Part shown: in pieces, positions 48,048 to 62,025 of the stretch
Layout: each line of letters opens with the position of its first letter
How positions within the stretch are numbered: position 1 is the first letter of the stretch
Assembly (NCBI RefSeq): GCF_009914755.1
Contig: NC_060927.1
Reading direction: 5' to 3' (one strand)
From: the human T2T-CHM13v2.0 reference genome, Homo sapiens
DNA: 64,000 bases
Notes under the pieces: generated by a model
What the model was told of the DNA's origin: nothing
Database searches by the model: none
Seen by the model: the letters and a program-made list of their open reading frames with translations, nothing else
Translations under genes and position numbers: made by a program

Positions 48048-51000
48048 CCAGGCGCTGGGGGCTGGACCTGCTGACATAGTGGATGGACAGATGGACCAAA
48101 AGATGGGTGGTTGAATGATTTCCCACTCAGGGCTGGGGCCAAGAGGAAAAACAGGGAAAAAAAGAAAAAAAAAAAGAAAAAGGAAAAGGAAGCGGTGTGT
48201 GGCTTCCTGTGGCCCAAACTGGGGACTCACTCCGAGAGGGTGGGGCTGGGAGCCAGGGAAAGCTGTGGCGGGAGGGCCATGAGTCATGGAGGAATCCTCA
48301 GGTCTCACTTCAGAATGGGGAGGGATCTGGGGCCTGTGGTATCCAGCAGAAAGGGCCCAGAGTGGCTCAAGTCTGCAGGGGTCACACAGCAGCCAAGTGG
48401 ACCCATGTGGAAATCCAGCCTCAGCCTCCGTTGCTGCCAGCTGTGGAGCTGCTCTCCACACTTGTACCTAGACCCCATGGGGGACCCAGGCTCCTCTGGG
48501 CCAACTCTTCTGACTGCTGCCCCCATCACTGCCACCCAGGGCTGCTGGCAGATCCCTCGGGTCCCTGGCCACACCCCCAAGCCTACGGCCCTGCCACAGA
48601 ATGGACCTTTCCTGGCTGTCCAGTGGCCACTCAGGGAGCCCTCCACGCAGGAGCCTTAGCATCCACCCGTGACCTGACATGCCTCTGTGACTGAGGTTGC
48701 AGTAGGAGCACCAGGCCAGCAGGTGAAGGGTGGGCTGGGTCCCTGCTCTGGCTCAGGACTTGTGGGGAGCCAGGAGTCTGAGCCCAGAGGGCTGGCTGGG
48801 CAGGGGCCTGCAAGGTGGGACACATCCATTCACTATGCATCTGGGACAGTCACTAAGTGTCCTCACCTGACACCCACCTACCACCTTACTCACCCCCCCG
48901 GACCGTGCCCTCTCCCACCTTGGGCCATTCGTGGGCCCCAGAGTGGCACAGAGCCCCTCAGCCCGACACCCTGAGGACTGACCCTACAGCATGCCCACCC
49001 CGGGCTCTGGCCTGAACGAGCTTCTTGCTCTTGCTCCAGCCTAAAGACAGCCCCGCACGAGCCCTGCCCTGCCTTCCCATCTCCCGCTCAGCCCGTCTTA
49101 CTCTTCTCCACGGACTCGGCATCCAGGAGTGCACCTCATCTCCAGCAGCCCACACACACCCCATAGGGCATAGGGGAGGGGTCAGGAGGCCCAAGACAAA
49201 AAACTCAGGTGGGCGTTAGGAGGTGTGGGTGCCTGCTGAGCAGCCCCACACCCAGCCCTGCCTGCCCTTCCAGATGACGGACAGGACCAAAGGCTGTCCA
49301 AGGGCCTGGTGCACCCGTGGAGCTCCATGCAATGGTTGAGGGAGGCATAGGCCAGTCTTGAAGGGCTGCAGAGCCAGGCTGGGAGCCACTGGAAGTTCAA
49401 GAGGGAGAGCAACAAGGTCTGAATGTTTAAAAAGTCCCCACAGCAATGTGGAGACGAGAGGAGGCTGCACAGGGGTTGGAGAAGAGGTGGCCTGGCAGGA
49501 GGCGGGTGGCCTCGCAGGGAGATGGTGACAGGGAGGGCAGCAAGAGTTAGCTGGGGGAAGGAGACCTCAGCAGGGCAGACCCTCATCCTCCTCCCCAGGG
49601 ATGTCCGATGCCACTCTCTAGGGTCTGAACTGAGGTTTCTGAAGTAATAAGCCAATGAGGCCCACTCACCTAGAAGCATTCAGACTGGGCACCCCGCAAC
49701 AGGGCTGTGGCTTCCCCCTCAGACTGGGTGCCCCCCCAGGTGGAGGTGGGCCTCTCCTCTCAGATTGGATTCCCTCTAGGACAGGGTTTGGTCTCTTCCT
49801 ACAACCAGGGAGCCCCAATCCCCACCCACACCCCAGGACAGGGCTGTGTCTCCCCACTCAGTCTGAGTACCCCAAGGTCAGGGCTGAGCCTCTGTCTCAG
49901 GCAGGGTGCCCCCCAGGGCAGAGGTGCGCCTCTCCTCTGCCCTACTGGGTCACCCCAAGACAGGGCTGTCACCCCCATTAGACTTGTCACCATCTTCCCT
50001 TTAGATGGAACTCCCCTCCAGATAGGGCTGTCCTTCCCCTTTGAACTAATGCCCCCAGGACATACTGGGTACCCCCATCTCAGGTTTGGTGTCCCCAGGC
50101 CAGGGCCGGGCATCCCACACCAGCTGGATGCCTCTAAGAGGAGGACTGCCCTGCCCTGAGGATATCTGCACCCAGGGCAGTGCCAGGCCTCCCCCTTTAG
50201 ACTAGGCACCATTTTTCCCCTCAGTCTGGATGTCCAAGACAGAACTGGACCTCTCACCTCAGTCCAAGTCCCCTAGGCTAGGACCAGTTCTCTTCCCTTA
50301 GACTAGGAGCCCCCAGGCCAGGGCTGGCCTCCACTCAGAGAGGCCTCAGAGCCCCACCTGGGCCATCCAGGTATTGGCAGTGGAAGTGGAGCCCTCAGCA
50401 GGCCTGGCAGGCAGGCAGGACCCTGTTTGCCTTGAGCAGGGGCTGGATCCAGGTGGTCACTTCTCCCTTCAAGGCCCCACAGCAAAGCCAAGCCACAGGG
50501 AACACGTAAACATTAGCAGAGCTGGGCGGGGTGGTCAGCAGGGTGGAGGGCACCTAGAGACCCCAAATCCTCAGCCCACTTGGCTATGGGATCCGGCACC
50601 TTGCAGGCTGCCCCAGACTCCAAGGCAGGCCAGTACAGTGGCCAGTTTCTGCTCCCACCTGTCTTGAGCACGTGGACGGCCCCATCCCTCGCTGGCCTGT
50701 CTCCCTCAGCCCAGGCTGCGAGAAGAATCGCTGAAGGCCCTTGGAAGGAATGGACCTCCCGGGGGTGCTCGTCCAGCCCTGGAACACAGGCCTAGCCTCA
50801 AGGGGAAGCTGAGTGGATGCAAAGCTCCCAGCTCAGAATAGGGTCGAGCTCTGCCACCCACCACCTGCCAGTCCCTGTCGAGAGCAAGGACTGAGCTGGG
50901 CCCCAAGTGCCTGGAGTGGGCAGGCTCTGAGGGGCCACAATCTTCAGCCCTCACCCTGGGAGGTGGCCAGAGGGGGTGTGGACAGACAGGAAAGGGGGCT

Positions 51001-51570
51001 GAGTTCTCTGGAGGTTCAAGAGGGACATGACCCTGCCCCTCCCTCCCTGGGATCTGGGAGGACACAGCCCTGCTCTGGGGGTCTGAGGGGACATGGACCC
51101 ATCCTGGGGATCTGAGAGTGCATTGTCTCTGCGTGGATTCCTGGAAGAGCTGTCTGGCTGCAGGGACCCGTTGCGGGGGGCTGGGGTGAGGGGGTACAAC
51201 TCTCTGTCCCTGGTTCCTCCTCAGCCAACTCCAGGAGAATGATCCCAGCCCAAGGCTGCCATGGCCAACTGAAACAAACCTTGCCTGAGGGACTGGTCCC
51301 ACTGGCTGGGAGGGACAGAGGAGGAAGTTACTCCAGAGCTAGGCAGGGGCCTGAGCCCTGGCTGGCTCCAGGTGTGTGCTGTGTGGCTCTGGGCAAGCCA
51401 CCTTCCCTCTCTGAGCCTCAACTTCTCCTCACAGGTCAAGCCCCTGCTCAGGCTTCATGACCTGAGTGGACTCAGGATCCTACCTCGCTCCTCAACAAGG
51501 ATAGGGACAGGACCCCTATCCTTCCCTCAGGCAGGCGTGACAGCCTAAGGACCTCCCCCTTAGCCTCAAA

Positions 51571-52678
51571 TATGTCTATTTGTGTATGTCTGTGTGTGTA
51601 TTTATATGTGTGTGTCTGTGTGTATGTCTATTTGCATGTGTATTTGTTGTCTATGTGTATTTGTGTGTGTCTATTTGTATGTGTCTGTGTACTTGTGTGT
51701 ATGACCGGCTCCTTCCCTCTTCAGTGCCACGGGCATGCAGGCAATGGAGGCCAGGTGAGGGTGGATTCTTCTTGCTCCAGCGTTTTTAACAGGCAGGGCA
51801 GGAGCAGCCTTGGCATGGCCCGGACACTGGCGCTTGCCCGGAGGCCACAGTCAGACAACCTGTCCACAACAAACTCATATCCATACATCAGCAAGACAGT
51901 GGGGCGTGTTGGGTGTCATTCTCCATGTGCGAGCGTTTGCGCGTGCTGCTTGTGTATTTCTTTGTGTTTGTGTACACGAGTGTCCATGTGCCTATCTATG
52001 TGTGTCTGTGCTTGTGTACCTGTGTGTGTGTGTGTGTGTGGCCATGTGTGTTTCTATGTGTGTGTGTCTGGATATGCCTGTATGTCCATTTGTATGTGTC
52101 TGTGTCTTCTGGCATGTCTATGCGTGTGTGGTTGTAGGTTTGTGTACCAGTGTGTCTATGTGTGTATTTGTGTGTGTGTGTGCATTTGTATGTCTATTTG
52201 TGTATTTCTGTATGTGTGTCTATTTGTGTGTGTGTATCTGTGTCTATTTGTATATCTGTCTGTTATGTGTATATGTGTGTGTGTATGTGTCTATGTTTCT
52301 GTGCTGGTGTACGTATGTCTATCTGTGTGTATTTATATGTATTGTGTATGTCTGTGTATGTGTATTTGTGTATTTGTGTAAATATGTGTGTCTGTATATG
52401 TCTATTTGTGTATGTCTGTGTGTGTATTTATGTGTGTGTATGTCTATTTGCATGTGTATTTGTTGTCTATGTGTATTTGTGTGTGTCTATTTGTATGTGT
52501 CTATTTGTGTGTATGTCTCTGTGTGTGTCTATTTGTGTGTGTCTGTGTATTTGTGTATGTCTCTCTGTGTGTGTCTATTTGTGTATGTCTCTACGTGTGT
52601 ATGTGTGTCTATTTGTATGTGTCTGTGTGTTTATGTGTGTATGTCTCTGTGTGTGTGTGTCTATTTGTGTGTGTGTGG
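51571..52678. repeat. Large degenerate TG-rich microsatellite (TGTGTCTATT-like units)
   Basis: About 1.1 kb of gtgt/tcta/tatt, interrupted by unique sequence at about 51700-51930. Confidence 0.95.
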
Positions 52679-52679
52679 A

Positions 52680-52960
52680 CTCGTGGTCTAAGAACGCCGC
52701 CTGTGGGTGGAATTTGGCTCATAGACATGTTTGGTTTGGCACCTACAGTATTTTCAACATCCTGAGCCAACATTTAAAAATCAGGATATTTCACATAAAA
52801 ATTCAGCTTTCCAACTTCTCTTAAAAATTCAGAAGCCCTGGCAGCCCTGGGCCTGCGTTCCCCTGAGGCCACGCTCCTCCCGAACTGTGCAGGGCTGCCC
52901 TCCTCCGTGCACCCTCCATAGCCTCGCCCACTTGTCTCGCCCAGCAGTGTCTTGAGGATG
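52680..52960. mobile_element. MER102-like hAT-Charlie DNA transposon remnant
   Basis: catttaaaaatcaggatatttcacataaaaattcagctttccaacttctcttaaaaattcagaag resembles my recollection of the MER102 consensus. Confidence 0.55.
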
Positions 52961-55305
52961 GCTGAGTTTGTGAACCCAGTGTGTGGTCACAACTACGTGT
53001 GAGCCTGGCTGTCAGGGAATACGTGCATGAGTGGGGTGTGTGTGCATGTGTGTGAATGTGTGTGTGCATGTGCAAAGCAACTCTGTGTATGAGGCAAACC
53101 TGAGTGTGTGCGGTGCGTGTGAATGCCTGCATGTGCGCGTGCGTGTGTGAAGAGTCTGCGTGGGGGAACACGTGTGTAAAGGCATGGATGTGCACGTGTG
53201 TGTGCAGGGGAGTGGCCATATTTGTGGCTGTGTGGAGTGTGTGGGCCACAGCGGACTGGCATGCTCTGCCCAGGGGCCTCTTCCGGTCTTTGAGGGGGAA
53301 TTGGATTCCCGGCTTCTGGCTGGGCCGCCTTGCGGGATTTATTTCTGTCTCAGTGCCCACTGGAGTCCTGAGTAATGGGAACATTTAAAGAAAACCAGTA
53401 AATAGATACAGAAGGGGCAGGCTGGCTGGGAAACTCAGCCCAGACACCCCTGCCCAGCCCACAGCTGCCAGAGCCCCTGGGGGCAGGCCTGAGCCCAGGG
53501 AGAAAGGAGCTCCAGCATGCGACAGCACCCCCTCACTCTGTGGGGTGCCCACTGCTACCCATGCATGCCCCCACCACCTGGATGGATGGTCCCTGGGTCA
53601 ACACTGGGCATCTTGAGAGCTTCCTTGGCTCCGAGCAGCAGATGTTCAGGAGATTCAGGGGATGCCAGCTCAGGCCTGGCCCAGGGGCCAAGAGGACCTG
53701 ACCCTCCAGGGGTGCCCTTTCCCAGCCAGGCTACAGGCATTCTGCCCACACACACCCTCTGCACATGCAGACGCACCCACAGTTCAAGGAGGGGAGAGGC
53801 TGTGCTGACCTGGCAGGGCTGGGCGGGCACTCGATACCCCACCCGGACCTCACACACCCGGCAGTGCCTTGGAACCTCATCTGCCAGGACACGGCCCCTG
53901 CTGTTCTGGGTCTCAGGCTGACTGGACCCCACTCTCTGGATCGTCTCTGATGAGCAGTCACTTACAAATGACATAAACCCCACAGGAAAGGATAGGCGTG
54001 CGTCATGCGGTGGGGTGACCTGCTTTACAGAAGACCCGCTGCTGGCAGGAGCTGTTTGGACCAACGCGCCCTGTCAGGGACCCCATCGGGGATCTCCTGC
54101 TGCCCCCCAGTGGCCATGGGAGGACATGGGGAAATAAAAGTCAACAGCTGCATGGAGTTGCTCATCCGCGTCTGAGTGGACTCTGAGGGCCCCACGTGGT
54201 TCCCAGCCAGACAGTTATGGGGAAGCAAGGCCTTTCAACTGGTCTGAGGGAAGGGGCTTGGATCCCAGCACAGATCTGGAGACCACCTGGAAGGTCAGCT
54301 CCTCGAAGGCAGAACCATCGTCAGTCACAGCTGCATCCCCGGATACAGTGCCCAGCATGACATGGGTCCTCGGGAAGCATGCTACACTAATGGCCCACTC
54401 CCCAGGCTCCTGGGGGTGGGCAGCGCTGTAGCAAGCCCTGGGCCCAGCTCAGAGCCCCATGGAGAGGCCGCCTGAAGGTGAGCGGGCATCTCACATGTTG
54501 AAGCCTCCAAGGCAGTGAGGGGCTTGGGCTTGAGGCTGGACAGTAGTTTTCCCTTGTGACTTCAGGGGTTGTGCCTATCTCTGATCCCAAGCCCATAGTT
54601 CCTCACTGTGGTTACAAGGCCCTGTCCTGGCTGGTGACCTGCCTGGTCCCTGACTCTGCAAGCCCAGGTGGGACTTCCTCCCAGCCCTCTTGCTGCCTCC
54701 CCAGCAAGAGTCAGAACCGAGAGGCCCTGCGCCTGGGTCTCTGGTCTCCTGTCCTCTTCTAGGGAAGGAGCATCCGTGCTGCTGTGGAAAATATCCCAGG
54801 CCTGACACCTCTCCCAAGATGAAGAGGCCGGGTGTCCTAGAGAACCCCAAGATGAAGGGACCTGAACACTGCGAGGTTGGTCAGGGCTGTCCTGGAGAAG
54901 TGCCTGGGCAGTGATGGACCAGGCAGTGGCAGGCACACCAGGGCTCCATCCACAGTGCTGGACACTGGCCCCTGGCCCTCGCTGGCCCATCTTAAGCCTG
55001 AAGGGCTTACGACAAAGGGGCTGCCAGGGCCTCAGGGCACCCTCCCCACCTAGCCCTCCAACCAAGGCTAGGGCTGAGACTTTTTTTTTCTTTACCAAAT
55101 TTTCAGGGGACTATGAATCACTGAGACTAACTCTGAACTATCCTCACCTGGATGAAGACTGTAGTCCACACCCCAGAATGTTTGTTTTAAATGGAGAAAG
55201 CATACTTTAAAGAAACACACATTTTAGTAACATGTTTTACCAGTTTCTTTGCTCACCACCTGTATTTTTTAAACCTTTTTATTTTGAAATACGGATTCAT
55301 AGGAA

Positions 55306-55622
55306 GTTTTGTTTTTGTTTTTGTTTTTGTTTTTGTTTTTATACAGAGTCTTACTCTGTTGCCCAGGCTGGAGTGCAGGGGCACGATCTCGGCTCACTGC
55401 AACCTCTGCCATCAGGATTAAAGTGATTCTCGGGCCTCAGCCTCCCAACTAGCTGGGATTACAGGCGTGCGCCACCATGTCCAGCTAATTTTTGTTTTTT
55501 TTAGTAGAGATGGGGTTTCACCATGTGGGCCGGGCTGGTCTTGAACTTCCGACCTCAGGTGATCCGCCCACCTCAGCCTCGTAAATTGCTGGGATTACAG
55601 GCATGAGCCACTGCACCCAGCC
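55306..55622 (-). mobile_element. Alu with (GTTTTT)n tail
   Basis: Alu consensus; TSD ataggaagttt on both sides. Confidence 0.93.
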
Positions 55623-56411
55623 GATAGGAAGTTTAAAAGTACAGAGAAGTCCTGTGTAACATTCACCCAGTTTCCACCTGGTTACATTTTCCATAGCTGC
55701 AGTACAATATCGAAACCAGGAATCTGACATTGGTGCAGTGTGTATAGTTCTATTCCATTTCATCGGGTGCATAGATACAGGTAACCACCACCACAATCAA
55801 GATACACAGAGGTATTCCATCACAACCATTCCAGAGATCTCCTTGGAGCCACCCCCTTTAGAGTCACCTGTCCCCACCATCGCTAACCCCTGGCAACCAC
55901 TAATCTGTTCCCCATCTCTATAATTCTGTCACTGTCAGAATGTTACAGAAGTGGAACCATACAGTATGTGACCATTTGATACCTACTGTTTTCACTCACC
56001 ATAATGCCCTTGAGATCCATCCAAGCTGTGGCAGGTGTCAGTCCTTGGTCCTGTTTTATTGCTGAGTTGCATTCCATGGTACGGATGAACCCGAGCTTAA
56101 CCTGTCCCCTATTGACAAGACCTTTTCCCTAGCCTTTGGCAACCTACAAATAAAGCTGCTATGAACATCTGTATATGCATTTTTGTGTAAACATTCGTTT
56201 TTATTTCTCTGGGATAAATGCCCAGGAGCATGACTACTGGGCTATATGATAAGTGTACGTAAAGTTTTTAAAGAAATGGACAAACTATTTTCCAGAGTGG
56301 GTGTTCCATTATACATTCCCACCTACAATGTATGAGATTCAATTTTTCCACTTTCTTGTCAGCGTTTATCACTATTTTTATTTGTTCGAATACGTGTGTA
56401 AAGATATTGTG

Positions 56412-56719
56412 GGCCAGGCGCGGTGGCTTACGCCTGTAATCCCAGCACTTTGGGAGACCAAGGCAGGTGGATCACGAGGTCAGGAGATCGAGACCATCCT
56501 GGCTAACGGTGAAACCCCATCTCTACTAAAAATACAAAAAATTAGCCGGGCGTGGTGGCAGGCGGCTGTAGTCCCAGCTACTCAGGAGGCTGAGGCAGGA
56601 GAATGGCGTGAACCAGGAGAATGGCGTGAACCAGGAGGCGGAGCTTGCAGTGAGCCGAGATCGCGCCATTGCACTCCAGCCTGGGCGACAGAGCGAGACT
56701 CCGTCTCAAAAAAAAAAAA
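56412..56719 (+). mobile_element. AluY-like element with internal 18-bp duplication
   Basis: gagatcgagaccatcctggctaac, gaatggcgtgaac, ggagcttgcagtgagccgagatcgcgcc; TSD aaagatattgtg. Confidence 0.95.
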
Positions 56720-57284
56720 GATATTGTGATCTTTACTGGTATATCCGTAATGGCTCGTAATGTTGAACATCTTTACCATCTGTATATCCTCTTCAGTGAA
56801 ATATTTCTTTATGTCTTTTGCCCACTTTCTAATTGTTTTTTTGTTTGTTTTGTTTTGTCTTACCGTTGAGTTTGGGAGTTCTTTATGTATTCTTGATATA
56901 AGTCCTTCTTTATTTGATTTGCAAATATTTTGTTTGTAGCTTTTCATTCTCTTAACAGGGTCTTCGTTGGAGCAAAAACTTTTAAGTCAAATTTATCAAT
57001 TTTTTTCTTTATGGATTGTGCTTTTGATCTCAGGTCCAAGAACTCTTGACTGAGCTGTAGGTCCTGAAGGTTTTCTCGTTTACTTCTAAAATTGCATAGT
57101 TTTACATTTTACATTTAAGTCCACAGTACAGTTTGAGTTAATTTTGTATAAGATCTGAGGTTCAGGCTTGGGTTTTTTTGTTTGCTTTTTTGCCTATGAA
57201 TTTCCCTTTGCTCCAGCACCATTTGTTGAAGACTGTCCTTCCTCCAATCAATTTGTTTTGCACCTTTGTCAAAAATCAGTTGGT

Positions 57285-57520
<236 letters not shown>

Positions 57521-58882
57521 GTTGGCTGTGCTTGTGTATTGTCTTGTTGATCTGCCTCTTTTTCCACCAACACCACAATCTTGACTGCTATTACTGTAAA
57601 GTAAGCCCACAATAGGTAGTGAAATGAGTAGTATTCCTTACGCTTTTTTCTTCTAGTTAAAAATTGTTCAGCTATTCCAGTTCCTTTGCCTTTCCATATA
57701 CATTTTAGAATAATCTTTATATCCAGAAAAAAAATAACTGGGCTTTTGGTAATAGTTACATTAAACCTATCAATACTCCATTGAAACACCTGGGCTTGGA
57801 GGTTTTTCAAGGCTTTAAAATAATAAATTCAATTTCCTTAATAGTTATAGAGCTATTTAAATTATCTATTTCATCTTGGCTGAGGTGTGGTATTTGTGCT
57901 TTTCAAAAAACTGGCCCCTTTGAACAACCTGTGGAATTGATGTGGGTACAGTTATTGACAGTGTCCTCTTCCTGTCCTTCTGATGTCTGTGGAGTATGAT
58001 GCCCTTATTTCATTGCTGATATTCGTAATTTGACTTCTCTTTTCTGTCAGTCTTCCTAGAGGCTCATCAATGGTATCCGTCTTTCCAGCGTTTGCCAGTC
58101 TCTTTGCACACCACTCTTCCCTGCACCCTGTAGCTCACTGCTGGCTGCATTCCCAGGATCTTCTACCTTCCTCAGACAGTCTCAATTCATTGGCAAAGTG
58201 CCCAGCTTAAAACACCCATATCCGGTGCCTTCACGGCTGCTGACACAGTCATGGCCAATGCGAAGTGAAGACAGGTCTGTGGACAGGGTTGGAGCCAGCG
58301 TTTCCTCAGCTGGCCTGCCCTTCGCCCTTCTCCTCCTAACGGTACCTCGAATCTGTGATGGGGCAGAAGCTCCCATGAGGAGATGAGGATGGCAACTGGG
58401 GAGACAGAAGGGACTCACATCCCTGGTGGCCTCAGGGAGCCATGGTACCACCTTGGACTTAACACAAGACAATAAAACCCCTTCTTGCTTAAGCCCAGTC
58501 GTGGGTGACTGCCAAACAGTCCCGATTCCCATATCCACTCCCCGCTCCCGGACTGGTTTTTGCTCAGCATCCCATCCTTTAGTTCTTTCAGCAAAGATCA
58601 GTACATGGTAAACACTTAGTGTCATAAGCTTGGAAACGTCTGTCATGCCCCTACTTATGGTAACTGAGCAGACTTGACATTTGTTTCCTGAGCACTTAGG
58701 AAAACTGTCTTCTGGTATCTATTGTTGATGAAAAGCGAAACTAATTCCTTTGTAGGTAATCTCTTAAAATTTTTACATGTAGCCTGTTGTTATTTTTTCC
58801 CTTTAGCTTCGATGTTCTCATCTAGAACACTGGAGTCAAACTGCAGATGTAGTAAAACTGCTCTTAAAAAAAAGAAAAAATA

Positions 58883-59625
<743 letters not shown>

Positions 59626-60247
59626 TTATCTCAAAGGGCCCCACTCCAGAGCTAACTACAAGCCTGAAGTTGACGATCACCACCTTGCTCTTCTGCCCTG
59701 GCCTTACCACCTGCGTGTGTCCTTACATTGTCTCACTCCGCCTGTTTGGAACGTCACACAAATGGCTCATACTCTATTTCTTCCGTGACTTGCTTCTTTC
59801 AACATCTATCCATTTGTTGCACATGACTGTAGCTCTTCTCACAGCTATGGAACATCACACTTTCAGAATGACAACTTATTATTACCACATTCTGGCTTTG
59901 ATTTAGTGTGTGTGTGCACACATGTGCCCGTGCTATTACAAACAATGCTTCTACAAGCATTTCTGTCCCTGTCTCCTGGTGTACATGTGCAAGTTTTCTA
60001 GTGCACTAAGAGCGCAACTGATGGGTCCCAGCGTGCACATGTTCAACTTTCCCAACGTGGTTACACATTTCACACTCTTATGGCTGTGGGTGAGAGGTCC
60101 CACTGCTCCACAGTACAGTGGTGTAGCTAATGACACTTCTGAAAGTCTCCCTTGCCTGGCCTCACTCCTGCCACCTCCACTTTCTTTTGTTAATCCTGTG
60201 CTTGATAGAGCTTTTCTAGTCCCATTAATCTTTGTTTCTATTAATTT

Positions 60248-60510
60248 ATGAGGCAGGGTCTCACTCTGTCGCTCAGAACTCCCAGGCTCACATGATCTCC
60301 CACCTCAGCCTCCCAAGTAGCTGCGACTACAGGCAGGCACCACCCCGCCTGGCTAATTTTTTTATTTTTTATTTTTGTAGAAGACGGAGTTTCACCATTT
60401 TGCCCAGACTGGTCTTGAACTCCTGGGCTCAAGCAATCTGCCTGAGACTCGAGCAAATTCAGCCTTCTCAAGTGCTGGGATTACAGGCATGAGCCACTGC
60501 ACCCAGTCGG
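60248..60510 (-). mobile_element. Alu (J-like, internally deleted)
   Basis: gaggcagggtctcactctgtcgc...gtgctgggattacaggcatgagccactgcacc. Confidence 0.85.
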
Positions 60511-61220
60511 CTTCAGGTTTTTTTAAACTCAGCAAACTGAGTTTAAAGGAAAAAAAAAAAGAAAGAAAAGCAGTCTAATACCTTGCTATTACTGATATAT
60601 CTGGATTCAACTACTCAATCCACCTTTTCTCTCTGCTTTCTTTTGGATAGTTACTTTTTTCCCATTCTGGTTTTTTTTTTTTTTTCCTCTCTCATCTCCT
60701 CTGAAAGTGGTACACTCTGTTTCTACTCTTTTCAGGTTACCCCAGAAATGTCAAGAGGCCTGTTTCCTAGTCTTATCCCTCTTCCTAAGTGAGCGTCTTC
60801 AAGGACTGTAACCCCAACCACCTCCTACCTCTGAACTTACATACCATTGTTGTTATGTATTCTAAATAGCCCCTGCTTTACCCCACAACACATTTTTGTT
60901 TTACAAGGTCAGTGCTTATTTACATTTATACTTCCTTTCTCTGGACTTTCCATCTGGGATTGTGCCCCTCAGTCTGAAAATATCCTTTATGATTTTTTTA
61001 AAAGGAGAATGCTTATTTCATTTTTAAAAAACAACTTTATACATATACAGCCCACCCATTAAAGTGTACAATTCAATGGCTCTTGGCATATTCAGCATAT
61101 TCACAGATTTGTGCAACCACAATCACTTTTAGAACATTTTCATTACCCCAAAATAGATTTTCATTTAGTGAGAGTCTGCTGGTGACAGAATCCCTGACTT
61201 CGTTGGTCTAAAAACATCTT

Positions 61221-61355
61221 AGGCCAGGTGCGGTGGCTCAGGCCTGTAATCCCAGCACTTTGGGAGGCCAAGGTGGGCAGATCACTTGAGTTCAGGAGTT
61301 CAAGATCAGCCTGGGCAAAATAGTGAGACCCCATCTCTGCAAAAAAACAAAAAAC
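61221..61355 (+). mobile_element. FLAM/Alu left monomer
   Basis: ggccaggtgcggtggctcaggcctgtaatcccagc... followed by an A tail. Confidence 0.85.
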
Positions 61356-61544
61356 ACGTCTCATATTTTCCCTGAGTATGCAATTCTAGGATGACAACTT
61401 TCTTTCATTCCTGTTTACACTGGTTATAGCTGAGATATCTGCTGCTATGTTGCTCCTCAAAAGGTAGTATGTCCTTTCTCTCTGATTTTAAGGTATTTTC
61501 TTGGTCTTTGTGCTCTTTAATGTTATTACAATGTGATTAGGTAT

Positions 61545-62025
61545 GTGGTAGTTTTTAAATAAGTCCACAAATTCTTACACAGTCCTCCCTTCAGGAAGTG
61601 GAAGCTAATTCTTCTAAGTGTCGACTGGGCGTAGTGACTTGCTTCTAACAAACAGAATGTAGCAGAATATCACTTCCAAGCCCAGATCATAAGAAAGCCC
61701 CACAACGCTCCCTCCTGCCTTCTTTCTTAGACTGCCACTCTGGGAAAGCCACCTGCCATGTCTTGAGAACACACAGGCCGATGGAGAGGTCCATGTGGCA
61801 AGACACAGGGGCCACCAATCAACAGCCCCATGAGTCATCTTGGAAACAGATCCTCCAGCCCCAGTCCAGCCTTCAGATGAGTGCAGCTTCACAACTGACC
61901 CCAAGCTAGACTTACCCAGCTAAGCCACTCCTGATTCCTGGCCCACAGAAACTGAGGTAATAAGTGTTTGTTATTTTAAGCCCCCGAGTTTTGGGTAATT
62001 TATGTGTAGCAACTGATGATTAATA
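61545..62025 (+). mobile_element. MLT1-family (MaLR) solo LTR
   Basis: Begins tgtgg; contains cctccagccccagtccagccttcagatga and cctggcccacagaaactgaggtaataagtgtttgttattttaagcc...ttgggtaatttatg..gcaac. Confidence 0.7.

Noticed and set aside
49670-50350. Possible CRISPR-like repeat-spacer array
   Set aside because: Eukaryotic context, repeats too degenerate, no unique spacers and no cas genes; better explained as a decayed minisatellite.
51497-51523. Hairpin AAGGATAGGG-N7-CCCTATCCTT
   Set aside because: A 10-bp stem is expected by chance in 64 kb and is too short for a pre-miRNA.
51572-52824. Cys/Val-rich ORFs of up to 293 aa
   Set aside because: Translations of the TG microsatellite.
58190-58600. 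Possible old LTR (MLT1/LTR16-like) fragment
   Set aside because: Similarity too weak to call without a Dfam search.
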